Assembly (NCBI GenBank): GCA_001600695.1
Contig: BCKQ01000004.1
Coordinates: 879,843 to 943,842 of the forward strand
Reading direction: 5' to 3'
Length of the DNA: 64,000 nt
DNA from: Ascoidea asiatica JCM 7603
Lineage: Eukaryota; Fungi; Ascomycota
This document shows, piece by piece, positions 21,595-33,112 of the stretch. The notes below the pieces were generated by a model. The model worked only from the letters and a program-made list of their open reading frames with translations. It searched no databases and had not been told where the DNA came from. Numbering within the stretch: position 1 is the first letter of the stretch; the number at the start of each line of letters is the position of its first letter. Both the position numbers and the translations under genes were made by a program.

Positions 21595-22918
21595 TCATAG
21601 ACCATGTAGAAGTCTGATTGCATATATTTCATTTGTTTTATAAATTTTAACAAAACTTCTATAATACATTAATTTTTCTTCTTTACTTGTTACTAAATCA
21701 TCTTCACCAATATTTCTTTGATATTTAAATGCTTTGAAAAGATCTTCACTTGAAATTTTACTTTCCATATATAAAGTAGAAACAACATCTAAATAACTAT
21801 CTATAATTTCACTTTCCAACAATAATTTTTGCTTTATTAGTTGAGATTCAAGAAAACTTTTATTATTATTATTACTATTATTATTACTATTATTATTATT
21901 ATTATTATTATTGTTTCTATGATCGATATCAAATATAGATTTTGATAAAGATTTTCTAATATTATCTTGAAGAGTTAAATCACTTGAAGATCCAATTACT
22001 TCATTAACTTTTGATTTTAATTCATTTGAAGAATTATTAATATAGGAATTTGAATTTCTTTGTTGTTGCTGTTGTTGCTGTAAAGGTGTATTCATATTTG
22101 ATAAATTCGATCGTGGATTTCCAATATTACTTATAATATTATTATTTATATATTGAGTTTGATTACTTGAATTTAATTTTGAATTAGAAATTGGTGTTGA
22201 TGTCATATTTGATTGTGAATTAAGAAATGATCCAGGTTGTAATTGTGATATTTTTTGATTTTGTCTAAAATTTTGATTTGTTTGAAGTGGTGATGAAACA
22301 AATGCACCTAATGAAGTTTTTTTAGCAATTGAATTATTTGATAAATTATTTGAAAAACTCATACCCATTTCTCTATTTGATTGTTGTTGATTTGATGAAA
22401 ATTGTTGTTGTTGCTGTAGTTGTTGTTGTAACTGTATTTGAGGTTTTTGCTGTATCTGAGTTGAAAATGTTTTTTGAAGTCTAGGAGATTGTTGAAATTG
22501 TGTTTGATCAGATTGTTGTTTATTACTTTTTATGTTATTTTGTTCATTTGGTGGAGAATACAGAGTTCTCTTAAATCTTTTTCTTGTTGAAACACGTCTT
22601 TTGGAAGATGTTGATGTTGTTGATGGTTGTTGTATTGTAGTATTTCTTTTTCTAGTTCTTTTTTTTGGAGGTGATGTTTCTTCTTCGGAATAATTACTAG
22701 CACTTCCATCATCAAGTTCAGTTCCTGGAGAAGAATCATCATCATCTCCATTATCTATATCTATTACTTCAGTTTGAACAACTGTAGTAGGAGGTGGATG
22801 AGGAGCAGCTTGATGTTGTTGTTGAAATTGAGATTGAGATTGTTTTTTCTTGGTTGAAGTTTGTTTTTGTTTATTATTTGTGTTTTTACTTGAAGAATTT
22901 ACATTTGTAACTGAAGTT

Positions 22919-22962
<44 letters not shown>

Positions 22963-23987
22963 TATATTTGAAGATTTAGAATCTTTTACAATTTCTTCAA
23001 AAATTAATTCATTAAATTTATAAATTAAAAAAGTATTTTTTGAACAAATTTCTTTAACTTTAATTAAACTTTGTAATTTATTAACATATTGATTTGTTAA
23101 ATTTTTATGCATATTTGATTCATTTTTTAAAAAATCATCATTTAATTGAAATTTAAAAAATTTATTATTATATTTTAAACCTTTTAATTGAAAAACTTTT
23201 AACCAAACTTTATGTTCTTTATCAAATTGTGTTAATAAATTATTTATAATATCATAATCATTTAATAAATTAATATTTTCTTTAATTTCTTTATTATACA
23301 AACTTTTAATAATTTCAAATAAATTTTTTAAATTTGGATAATTTACAAATAAATTTTTTATAAAATCTGAAGAAATTTTATCATTAGTTGATAATTTTAA
23401 TTTATTTATATTAAATTCAAACTCATCATTTTTAATTTTTTTAATTTGAAAAAATTCTTTAAATTTTAATAGATTATTATAATCAAATTTTATACTTTTA
23501 ATTATTGAGTTATAATATTTGAATATAAAAAGTATAATTTCTTCAGTCCATGGTAAATTATAAATGAATTTAATTATATGAGAATCTTTAATTTTATTAA
23601 TTGGAACAGCACCTAAATCATAATTACCAATTGTTTTTTCTTCTAGTGAAATTGATTTTTCTTTATTTTCATTGTTATCTTTGGTAATATCTTTACTGGT
23701 ATCTTTACTAGTATCTTTACTAGTATCTTTACTAGTATCTTTACTACTATCTTTAGTAGTAGTTTTATTATTATCTTTTATGTTAGTGTTAGTAGTACTT
23801 ATACTAGCTTTATCATTAACTTTTGACTTATCTTTATCATTAACTTTTGAGTTGTCATTTGACTTATCATTTGAGTTATCATTTGAAGAATCTTTAGAAG
23901 TTATATTGGAAGGAGTAGTAATATTTGTATTTTCTAAATTTTTTTCTGTAATATTACTATTATTATTTGAATCCATTGTTGTTTGAG

Positions 23988-24019
<32 letters not shown>

Positions 24020-24516
24020 GTAGTAGTAGTACCAGTATTATTTATATTTATATCTTTAGATTGAGAATTATTTTTTAATTGAGTTGATTCAATAATACTG
24101 GTAGTAGGATTAATTTTTTCAGAATTAGATTTAGTACCGTTTGAATTATCAGAATATTCATCCGTTAGTTTATTATTTGAATCTTTATTAGAATCTTTAT
24201 TAGAATCTTTATTTATTTCCTTATTAGATTCCTTATTAGATTCTTGATTAGATTCTTGATTAGATTCTTGATTAGGATCCTTATTTGTAATATTAGTATG
24301 TGTTTCAGTATTTTCTTGTAGTAGTTTATTAGATAACTCTTTTTTAGATTCTTTTATTTCTTTATTATCATTGGAGTTATCCTGATTTTCATCACTTTTA
24401 GAATTTTGATCAATTGATTTATTAGAATTTGTTGAATTTAGGGATGCAGACGTAAAAGTAATTTCTTTTACTGTTTTAGATTGGGATGGATATTGAGATT
24501 GAGATTGGGAAGACAT
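21595..24516 (-). CDS. 973-aa N/Q/S/T-rich putative nuclear protein, possible Myb/SANT-like domain
   Basis: Long ORF; basic NLS-like runs (PPKKRTRKR, KRRVSTRKRFKR); poly-N/Q; two globular-looking segments (aa ~295-510 and the last ~90 aa). Confidence 0.8.
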
Positions 24517-25148
24517 TATGGAAATGAAATGAGATGAAATGAGATGAAATGAGATGAAATCAAGTGAAAAGAAGTGAATATTGAGTAGGAAAATTGTAGA
24601 TAGTATAAAATTAATGATGATTATGTTTTCAAAAGTACTGGTACAGTAATTATTATAATGGTAAATAATAAATTTTTAGATGATTTTTATGCTTATGTTA
24701 TTTTTTATTAATTTTACGTATATTTACAATTTTATTTATCAATCATTGTTTATATTTACATTTAATTTCATATTTTTTTGTTGTTTAGAAAAAGATTGTT
24801 TCGTGTAGCATTAAAAGCACGGAAATAATAATAACAATAATAATAACAATAATAATAACAATAATAATAACAATAATATAAATATATATATATATATAGT
24901 CACGTGACCACCCACAGACCTGGTAATAATAATCTGTACAAAACTGTATTTAAACGTACCTGTACGTATATACCACCACTATGGGCTTAATAAAATATGA
25001 GACCAATTTTGTGGTTTTTCTTTGACGCTTGTGTCTGTGATAGTAAGTACTTTGCTGCCGCTGAATGTTTGTTCCTCATCAGTGGCTAGTTTTTATGGCT
25101 GGTGCTGTCTGAAGTCTGTGGAGTGTGGCTGAGTGTGTGTTAGAGATG

Positions 25149-25195
25149 TGTTTCAGGTGTTTTTTGGCTGCTGTGGGTTTTCTCAGGCTGAAACG
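25149..25195. promoter_or_regulatory. two pheromone-response-element-like sites (TGTTTCA 25149, TGAAACG 25189) upstream of STE5
   Basis: Match to the Ste12 consensus TGAAACA in the GC-richer island about 500 bp upstream of a pheromone-pathway gene. Confidence 0.45.
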
Positions 25196-25688
25196 AAGCG
25201 AGTTGTGTAACTTTTCTTCTTTGCTGTGGGACGCAATGGGCCTGAGGTAACTGATACGGCCTTCATCACAATACATCAATTCAATACAAATAAATGTTTA
25301 ATATTCAATATTCAAATATTAAAGATTTAAAATATTCACAATAACAAAATAATCAAAAGATCAAATTGAAATAAATTATAATTCATATTCAAATTAATGA
25401 ACCATTTGAGAATTCAAAAAAAATATATGATTGATTGATTCATCGATTCTTTCATTCATTCATACATTCATCCATTCATTGATTAATTCATTGATTAATT
25501 CATTGATTCATTTATTATATCTCAATATTCTTTAATTTAAAATTTTTATTAACTAATTTATATTTCTCTATTTTATTCACAGATGTTTTTTCAATTCATT
25601 CAATAATTATTAAAATTATTAAAATTATTATCATAAATAAATATTTAAATAAGTTATATAACTTCATTTCATTTCATTAATTTATCAA

Positions 25689-28600
25689 ATGGATCCATCT
25701 CCTTCAAAATGGAGATTATCTCAAAGATTTAATTCTCCTTCTCATAATAATATAAATAATAATATCTTAAATAATGTAAATGATAGAGACAAATCTCCAT
25801 TATCTATAAATTCTTTAAATTCTTTAAATTCCTCAAACTCTTCAAGTTCTTTAGATTCTAATATAAATTCAAATTTAAATTTAAATTCAAATTTAAATTC
25901 AAATTCAAATTCTCAAAATTCTTCTTTAAATAAAAAATATTTTAAAAAATTTAATAAAAAAATTCATTCAAATAATTATAATAATTCAAAAAATATAATA
26001 AATTCATTAGATTTTTCAAATTTAAAAGAAACTAAAATTCAAATATCTTCAAATAATAAAAATAATTTAATTAATAATAATCCAATTAACAATAATAACA
26101 ATTTAAATTATTCAAAAGTTAAATATTTAAGAAATAAAAAAAGATCTTCTTATTATCATAATAATAATAACTTATTAAGTTCAGATACTTTAAATACTTC
26201 AAATATATCAATAAATTCAATAAATTCAAATAATTCTTCAAATTCAATCAATTCAAATAATGAAAATATAAAAATTTTAAAAAATTTAAAAATTTGTAAT
26301 TTTTGTAATGAAGATTTAGATATAACTTTTAATATTGAAAAAATCATAAATTTAAATTGTGGTCATTCAACTCATGAAAATTGTTTAAAAACTTGTATTG
26401 AAGATAATAAAATTTTAAATATAATTAATAATAATACAACTACAAATAATAATATAAACAATAATATTAATTTAATTTTTCCAATTTGTTCAATTTGTCA
26501 AAAAACTGCAATTCCAAAATTAAATTATTATTTAGATCATTTTATAACTTTATATCTTTTATTTGAACCAAATTCAAATTCTATTCAATATCAATCTCAA
26601 TTACAACTTCAATCTCAATCTCAACAACTTTCTAATCAAGTTTCTAAATCTCCAATTTCTAATATATCTACAAAAATTAATGATAACAAATCAATTAATA
26701 CTCATAATTCCAATAACTCTAGAAATTCTATTCAATCTTTACAATCTTTACAATCTTTTCAATCTATACCTTCAATAAAATCAAATGTTTCTATTTCAAA
26801 TAATTCAATAAATAATAATAGATTTAGTATAAATAGTAAATTAAGTCAAAGTAGTTTCAAATCAAATAGAACTAATAATTCAATAAGAAATAATTCAATT
26901 AAATTTAATCATCATGATAATAAATCTTCAAGAGGTTCTTCAATTTCTGCAATTTCTTCTATAGTTTCTTCTGTTTCTAGAAATTCAACTCCTCCACAAT
27001 CTCCATTAAATTCTAATTTTAATTCAAATTTAATTAATTTATCAATCAATAAAATTCAATCTATTTTCTTAAATTATCTTTTAAATCAATTAAATTTAAA
27101 TTTCTCAAAAAGATTAAATTTATTATCAATTTTAGAATTTAAAAATTTTGGTAATTTAAGATTAGTTGATAAATTACAAATTTCTTTAAATTCTTCTGAT
27201 AATTATAATTTAAAATTACTATATCTATTCAAAAAAATTTTAATAATTATTGATTTAAATTTTAAAAATTATAAAATTTTACCTTTAAATAATTCTTCTG
27301 ATTTTAATAATAATAATGAATTAAATTTAAATTCAATTATTGATGAAAATGGTAAAATTAATAAAAATTTAAATTCAAATAATAATAATAATAATGATAA
27401 TAGTAGTAATGATGATTTTTTTGATCCAAGTTCACATCATTTCAATTCAAATTCTTTTTCAAGTTTAAAAATTGAAACTCCAACTTCAAAAACTTTAAAA
27501 TGGGATATAAATTATAAAGATATAAATTTTATATATATTTCTCATCATGATATTAAAAATGTACTTGAAAAATGGGGTGTTGCATTATGTGATTCTGATT
27601 TTATTTTTCCAAATAAAATTTTTTCAACAACTTTAACTTTACCATCTCATTATTTTAATTCTTCTGAACCTTCTCCTTCTTCACTTTCATTTCCAGTTAT
27701 TAATGATTTTGATTATGATGATTTAGAAAAATCAATTGAAAAAATTAAAATCAATGATGAAGATAAAAATAAAAATAAAAATAATAATAATACTAATAAT
27801 AATAAAAATAAAAATCTGGATAAAAGTGATGAATCTAATAATGTTTCAATTTCAATTTTAAATTCAAATTTTAATTCCCCAGATTCTTCAATAAATTCAA
27901 ATGAAGTTATTGAAAATGCTTCTCCAAAAGCTTCTTTATCTGGAAATAAAAAACAGGAAGATATAAATGAATTTCAAAATAAAAGTGAAATTATCGACAT
28001 TACTATAAATAAAAGTCCAAAATATTTATTATTTATATTCAATACTGAAAATAATTTAGAAATAGAAACTCAATCATTATTAATAAATATGATTAGAGCA
28101 CTTTCAATGAAAATGAAAAATATTTACATAATTGGTACAAAAAATAATTTCAATGAAATTCATTTAAAAGGTTTTTTGAATCAAAATTTAAATTTAAATG
28201 AATTGGGACAAATAAATGAAACAAAATTTATCGATTCTGATTTTAATTTAATAATCAATGAAGAAATTTCACCAAATATTGAAAATTTAGAATCTGAATT
28301 TGCAGCAATTTTTTTATCATCAGATCATATTTCAAATTCACCCAAAATAAATTTAATTAAAAATCAATTATTTTTAGAAATCACAAATTTTCAAGATTCT
28401 TCTGATTCTTTCAAAAGAAATTCATTTATAACAAAAAATTTGAGTATTGTTCCATCTTGGGATAGTCTTATGGAAACAATTTGTAATAAATTTAATATTT
28501 CATTTGATGATGACTATGATTCAGATTCAGATTCAGATTCAGAAAGTGATAGTGAAACTAATAGTGATAGTGATGATAACTCAAATTCTATTAATTGTAT

Positions 28601-29000
28601 CTCAGATAATGATAATAAATCAAATTTAATTACTGATGAAAATTGCCAATCTCAATTAGCCTTAAATTCTAATTTTCTTTCAATTTCTTCTTCAAATTCA
28701 ATACTGAATTCAGAGAAACATTTAAGCGTGAATTCAAGTATGAAATCCGATTCATATGAAGAAATTTCGCCAGTTTCTGAAAGAAATAGTATTATATCTA
28801 TAAGAAAACTTGGAATTATTGATGATCATGATAAATTTCAAAATAATAAAGATAATTTCATTGATTTCAGTGATACTAATTCTCTTAAGGTGAATCATGA
28901 AATATCTATTGATACTAATAAAGATATAATAAATGATGGATCGGAAATGAATAGCTTATTCAATGCAATTGATGTTGTTTTAAATGATTTACAAAACTAG
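25689..29000 (+). CDS. STE5: pheromone MAPK scaffold Ste5-like (RING-H2, PH, vWA-like; Ste5/Far1 family)
   Basis: CNFC..EKIINLNCGHSTHENC..FPICSIC RING; GNLRLVDKLQIS and EKWGVALCDSDFIF resemble the Ste5 PH domain more than Far1. Confidence 0.75.
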   Translation: MDPSPSKWRLSQRFNSPSHNNINNNILNNVNDRDKSPLSINSLNSLNSSNSSSSLDSNINSNLNLNSNLNSNSNSQNSSLNKKYFKKFNKKIHSNNYNNSKNIINSLDFSNLKETKIQISSNNKNNLINNNPINNNNNLNYSKVKYLRNKKRSSYYHNNNNLLSSDTLNTSNISINSINSNNSSNSINSNNENIKILKNLKICNFCNEDLDITFNIEKIINLNCGHSTHENCLKTCIEDNKILNIINNNTTTNNNINNNINLIFPICSICQKTAIPKLNYYLDHFITLYLLFEPNSNSIQYQSQLQLQSQSQQLSNQVSKSPISNISTKINDNKSINTHNSNNSRNSIQSLQSLQSFQSIPSIKSNVSISNNSINNNRFSINSKLSQSSFKSNRTNNSIRNNSIKFNHHDNKSSRGSSISAISSIVSSVSRNSTPPQSPLNSNFNSNLINLSINKIQSIFLNYLLNQLNLNFSKRLNLLSILEFKNFGNLRLVDKLQISLNSSDNYNLKLLYLFKKILIIIDLNFKNYKILPLNNSSDFNNNNELNLNSIIDENGKINKNLNSNNNNNNDNSSNDDFFDPSSHHFNSNSFSSLKIETPTSKTLKWDINYKDINFIYISHHDIKNVLEKWGVALCDSDFIFPNKIFSTTLTLPSHYFNSSEPSPSSLSFPVINDFDYDDLEKSIEKIKINDEDKNKNKNNNNTNNNKNKNLDKSDESNNVSISILNSNFNSPDSSINSNEVIENASPKASLSGNKKQEDINEFQNKSEIIDITINKSPKYLLFIFNTENNLEIETQSLLINMIRALSMKMKNIYIIGTKNNFNEIHLKGFLNQNLNLNELGQINETKFIDSDFNLIINEEISPNIENLESEFAAIFLSSDHISNSPKINLIKNQLFLEITNFQDSSDSFKRNSFITKNLSIVPSWDSLMETICNKFNISFDDDYDSDSDSDSESDSETNSDSDDNSNSINCISDNDNKSNLITDENCQSQLALNSNFLSISSSNSILNSEKHLSVNSSMKSDSYEEISPVSERNSIISIRKLGIIDDHDKFQNNKDNFIDFSDTNSLKVNHEISIDTNKDIINDGSEMNSLFNAIDVVLNDLQN

Positions 29001-29349
29001 ATACCCATAATCTCAAATTTACTAGCTTTTTTAATAAGGACTTTTTTGCTTTTTAATTTAATTGTTTTTCTTTTGTTTTTTTTTATTAAAAATACTTTTG
29101 TACTCTGTTTTTTTGTTTTTACTTTTCTCATGTATTTTTTCTTCGCTTTTGTTAATTAGTTTATTCGCTTTTTTTTTTTTTTCTGTTTTGTTGTTTAATT
29201 TTTTTATTTAAGCTTTTTTTAAAGCTAGAGTGGACTCTAATAAATAAAATAATCCTTTATTATTATGTGATATATGCTAGAGTAAAAGTAGTTAAAAAAA
29301 TTTAAATTTTAAAATAATATAAATTAATTTGTAAATTCAAGTGATTTTT

Positions 29350-29710
29350 GAATTCTCCAATTATATCTCGTAAAATTATCAAGTTTAGTATTTAAGTTTG
29401 TATTGGCATGCAAGAGGAAAAACCTTAATTAACCTTAAAATTCTTATTTTTAATTTTTAATTTTTATATTTTTATATTTTGATTGCTAGATAATAATATT
29501 TATTCAAATCGTCTTGTTGAGGATATAAAAATGATGTTAGATATTATTATTACAATTATTATGTGACATTATTTTTAGATATGATTGGAATTTCTGTAAA
29601 TCGATATAAATTAACAGTTCCATTAACTTCATATTCAAAAATTGTTTATTGAAAAAATAAAAACCAATCATATTTTTGTCACATTCAAATCGGAATAAAC
29701 ATACAAGAAT
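29350..29710 (+). pseudogene. dispersed family copy 3, heavily deleted (leader joined to a C-terminal coding fragment)
   Basis: Leader core at 29421-29438; 29527-29631 reads KNDVRYYYYNYYVTLFLDMIGISVNRYKLTVPLTS versus copy 1 KNDVKYYYYNYHNSKYLGMIAISISRFSSNVQLTS. Confidence 0.8.
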
Positions 29711-30182
29711 ATTTGTACAACTGTTGAAAGTCTTTCCACTTATTTTATATGATTTATCTATCTCATCGCCATTTTCTCCCCATCAACTTCGATGTAATGC
29801 CAATTTGAATCATTCACAAACCACACACACAAAGAAAGATGCAAGAAGAAACAAACGCAAGAAGCCAGAAATGCGGTAGTCCTGGTTTACGATTATGATT
29901 ATGATTTCAATGACCCACCACCGTGGTAAATCACAAGTTGGCACGTGACTGAGATCACATGATCATTCTTGGTTTGATTTTGAAGATTGAAAATGAAATA
30001 TTTGAGAAACTGGAAAGAAGACAAAGAGGACAAAGAAGACCAAGAATATTAAAAAGACAATAAAGAGAAAGACAAAGAGAAAGAGAAAGAGAAAGATTAA
30101 GAAGATATTGAGAGGTGTTGTGTGAAGGGAATAAAGAATTTAAATAATCAAAGAAGTAAGAAAAAGACTTCATAATCTAAAT

Positions 30183-31100
30183 ATGAGTAAAAATTTAGTT
30201 AGATATGGTTTATCAGGTATTTTACCAAAACCTAGAGAAATTTTTAAACAACCGATTTTACCAATAATTAAAATTAAAGAATCTGATACAGGTTATTCAA
30301 AAAATATAAAACATCCTAAGAATTCAACAAGAGATTTAAAATTTAAAAAATCTTTTAAAGTTTTAAATAAATTAAATTTAACAATTCCATTACCAAAAAA
30401 AATTTATAATTTAAATGAATTAAAAAATTTATCAAAAAATCAAAAAATTAATTATAAAAAATCAAAATTAAGAAGAGATTATTTAAAAGAAATTTATGAA
30501 ATTGAAGAAGAAAAAATTTTAAAAAATTTAAATTTTAAAAAAATTGAAAAAATTAAATTAAAAGAAATTTCAAATTTAGAAAATTTAAAAAAAATTTCAA
30601 ATAAAAATTTTGAAATTAAAAATAGTTTAACATTACCAACAATTTCAAAATTTTTAAATGGTTCAATAATGAGAAATAGAACAAATTTTGAAAAAATTCA
30701 ATTAAATAAAAAACGTGAAATTAATAGAATTTATAATATTTTAAAAATTAATGAAAAAAAATCAAATAATTTATTAAAATTATATTATAATTCAAAAAAT
30801 TTTATAATTAATGAAAATTCTTTAATTCAAAAAATTAATTTAGTATTTCCAATAAATAATGATCAAAAAAAAATTTCAGAATCAAATCATTTATCTAATT
30901 TTCAATCAATTGATAGAATTTTTAATAATTTAACACCAAATCCAACATATTTTGATAATATTAATAAATCTTTATATGATAATTTATCTGGTACAATTAA
31001 TAAAACTTTACCAGATTTTAATCAAATTAATGATAATTTAAATGGTAATTTACAAAAATTAACTTCAATTGCAAATAATTCTTTTAAAAACAATAATTAA
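30183..31100 (+). CDS. PET123: mitochondrial small ribosomal subunit protein mS26 (Pet123)
   Basis: N-terminus MSKNLVRYGLSGILPKPREIFKQP resembles Pet123; LRRDYL, LTLPTI, LLKLYY motifs; basic protein. Confidence 0.75.
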   Translation: MSKNLVRYGLSGILPKPREIFKQPILPIIKIKESDTGYSKNIKHPKNSTRDLKFKKSFKVLNKLNLTIPLPKKIYNLNELKNLSKNQKINYKKSKLRRDYLKEIYEIEEEKILKNLNFKKIEKIKLKEISNLENLKKISNKNFEIKNSLTLPTISKFLNGSIMRNRTNFEKIQLNKKREINRIYNILKINEKKSNNLLKLYYNSKNFIINENSLIQKINLVFPINNDQKKISESNHLSNFQSIDRIFNNLTPNPTYFDNINKSLYDNLSGTINKTLPDFNQINDNLNGNLQKLTSIANNSFKNNN

Positions 31101-31414
31101 AATTATTGTTTTGAATATTATTTAACTCTCTTGTATATATATGTCTTTTTAAATAATAATAATTTAATAACGTTAATATTTCCTATTTTAAATAAATAAG
31201 GCTTGTGGTGGATGGTAAACAATTACGTGGCTAGTGAGGCCATCCACAGCACTGGTCTTACCCATGTCACCTGACTGTTTTGTTATTAGGGTGCAGATAA
31301 AGTGATAAGAAAACCACTTTTTAATATTTTTAATATTTTTATCTTCTTTTATATCATTATCTTCTTTCATATCAATATATTATATTATATAAAATTATAT
31401 GTTTAATAGGAAAA

Positions 31415-32095
31415 ATGTCATCAATTTTACTTTTTAAATCTTCTTTAAGTTGTATTAATAAAAGGAAATTTTCAAAAAGTTGTGTAAGAAAATATGCAAA
31501 AATTTTAAATAATTTATCAAAACAAGATAATGAATTTATAAAAAATAGAAATAATAATTTAATAAATCCTCCAAATATAATAATAATTAATAAAGATAAT
31601 GATTTTTTAAAAATTGATGATTTAAATCCAATTGAATTTAAAAAAGAATTAATTGATATTAACTTAAATTCAAATTCAAATTCAAATTCAAATTCAAATT
31701 CAAGTTCAAGTTCCGATTCAAATTATAGTCAATTACCTGATGATTCTCAATTTATTGAACAACATTATAATGAATTAAAAATTTTTAAAAATTATTTAAT
31801 TAATAAGTATAGTAATAGTAGTTCAATTACTGATAATAATAATAATAATAATAATAGAATAATTTTTGAAAATTTTAAAGATTTAAAAAGTAATGAATTA
31901 TTAATTGAATTAATAAATTTTATAAATTTGAATATTAATAATAAAAATTTAAATTTTAATATAAGAAATTTTAAAAAATTTTATAATAATATTAAAATTA
32001 CTTTAAAATTAAATGGTAATCATACATTTATTTTAGATCTTTTATTACAAAATAAAGAATCCTTTGATAATTTCAATAATTCAAAAAATATGTAA
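31415..32095 (+). CDS. hypothetical protein with mitochondrial presequence-like N-terminus
   Basis: 226-aa ORF; basic Ser-rich N-terminus (KRKFSKSCVRKY); complex blocks LPDDSQFIEQHYNEL and LNGNHTFILDLL. Confidence 0.7.
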   Translation: MSSILLFKSSLSCINKRKFSKSCVRKYAKILNNLSKQDNEFIKNRNNNLINPPNIIIINKDNDFLKIDDLNPIEFKKELIDINLNSNSNSNSNSNSSSSSDSNYSQLPDDSQFIEQHYNELKIFKNYLINKYSNSSSITDNNNNNNNRIIFENFKDLKSNELLIELINFINLNINNKNLNFNIRNFKKFYNNIKITLKLNGNHTFILDLLLQNKESFDNFNNSKNM

Positions 32096-32396
32096 ATAGT
32101 TTTTATACACAATCTTTTAATAAATATTTATATTATATTATATTATTGTTCCATTGTTGTGGTGTCGTCTGTGCACGTGTCTATATTTTTTGATAAGAAT
32201 TTTATAAAATAAATATAAACAATTTTTTGTTATTTGTCTTTAATTTACAACTGAATTCAAATCAATCAGTCAAAGCAAATACATCAGTAGATTAATCAAT
32301 AAATCAATTAGATTATATTATTATATTACATTACATAGTAAATTAAGTCAGTTAAGAACTATTACAATCACAACTACATATTATCAGATTTTAAAT

Positions 32397-33112
32397 ATGG
32401 ATAATTTCGATAGCCCTAATACTATGGATCTCTCAAGAGTATTCAAAATAACTAATTTATCTGTTGGAGTAATTTCTGTATGTGTTAAAAATACATTATT
32501 ATCTAAATAAACAAATAAATAAACAAATAAATAAGTAAATAACTAACTAAATAACTAACTAAATTAAATATATTATTAGATTCTATGTGGATTTGGTGAA
32601 CTTTTTAATGGATTGTAAGTACTTTATATTCTATTCTATTAAATTTATCCTAACAGATTACTAACTAATATTTATTCAATTTCTAGTCAAGGAGTATGTT
32701 AAACATAAAAATCTAAATTCTATAAACTTTTTTGTCATTAAAACTTATACTAATTTTACTAATTTTTAATTTTTAATTTTTATTTTTTTTTTTCAATATA
32801 AATTCATAGATAATTTTAGGACTTTATGTTATTTTATTCGGTATTATAATTTGTTATCTTGAATTCATTGTACCTCCACAAACTTATGTTTATGCATCTT
32901 TTTTATTTTCCTTTATTGGTAGAGGTTTATTTTATATATTAATAGGTGTTATTGTTTCTCATGATCATTTTTTAAAAATATTTCCTGGTTTTATTATATC
33001 TTTAATTGGAATTGGATATTCAATTATTGAATATGTTCCTTCAATTACTCCTCCTGAAAACATGAGAGCTGAAGCAAGTTCAATAGGAATTGATGATGAA
33101 GATGTCATCTAA
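32397..33112 (+). CDS. TVP15: Golgi membrane protein Tvp15 (COPI-associated), 4 exons: 32397-32477, 32580-32614, 32687-32693, 32810-33112; 141 aa
   Basis: Not in the ORF track. Donors GTATGT/GTAAGT/GTATGT, CTAAY branch sites, TAG acceptors; spliced product has YASFLFSFIGRGLFY and IEYVPSITPPENMR. Confidence 0.88.

Noticed and set aside
25183-25268. Possible C/D snoRNA on the minus strand (GTGATGA ... CTGA, 86 nt)
   Set aside because: No terminal stem and no rRNA-complementary guide that I can recognise; overlaps likely STE5 promoter elements
25540-25585. Branch-like AACTAAT and CAG acceptor upstream of STE5
   Set aside because: No convincing donor at a suitable position; such motifs are frequent in AT-rich DNA
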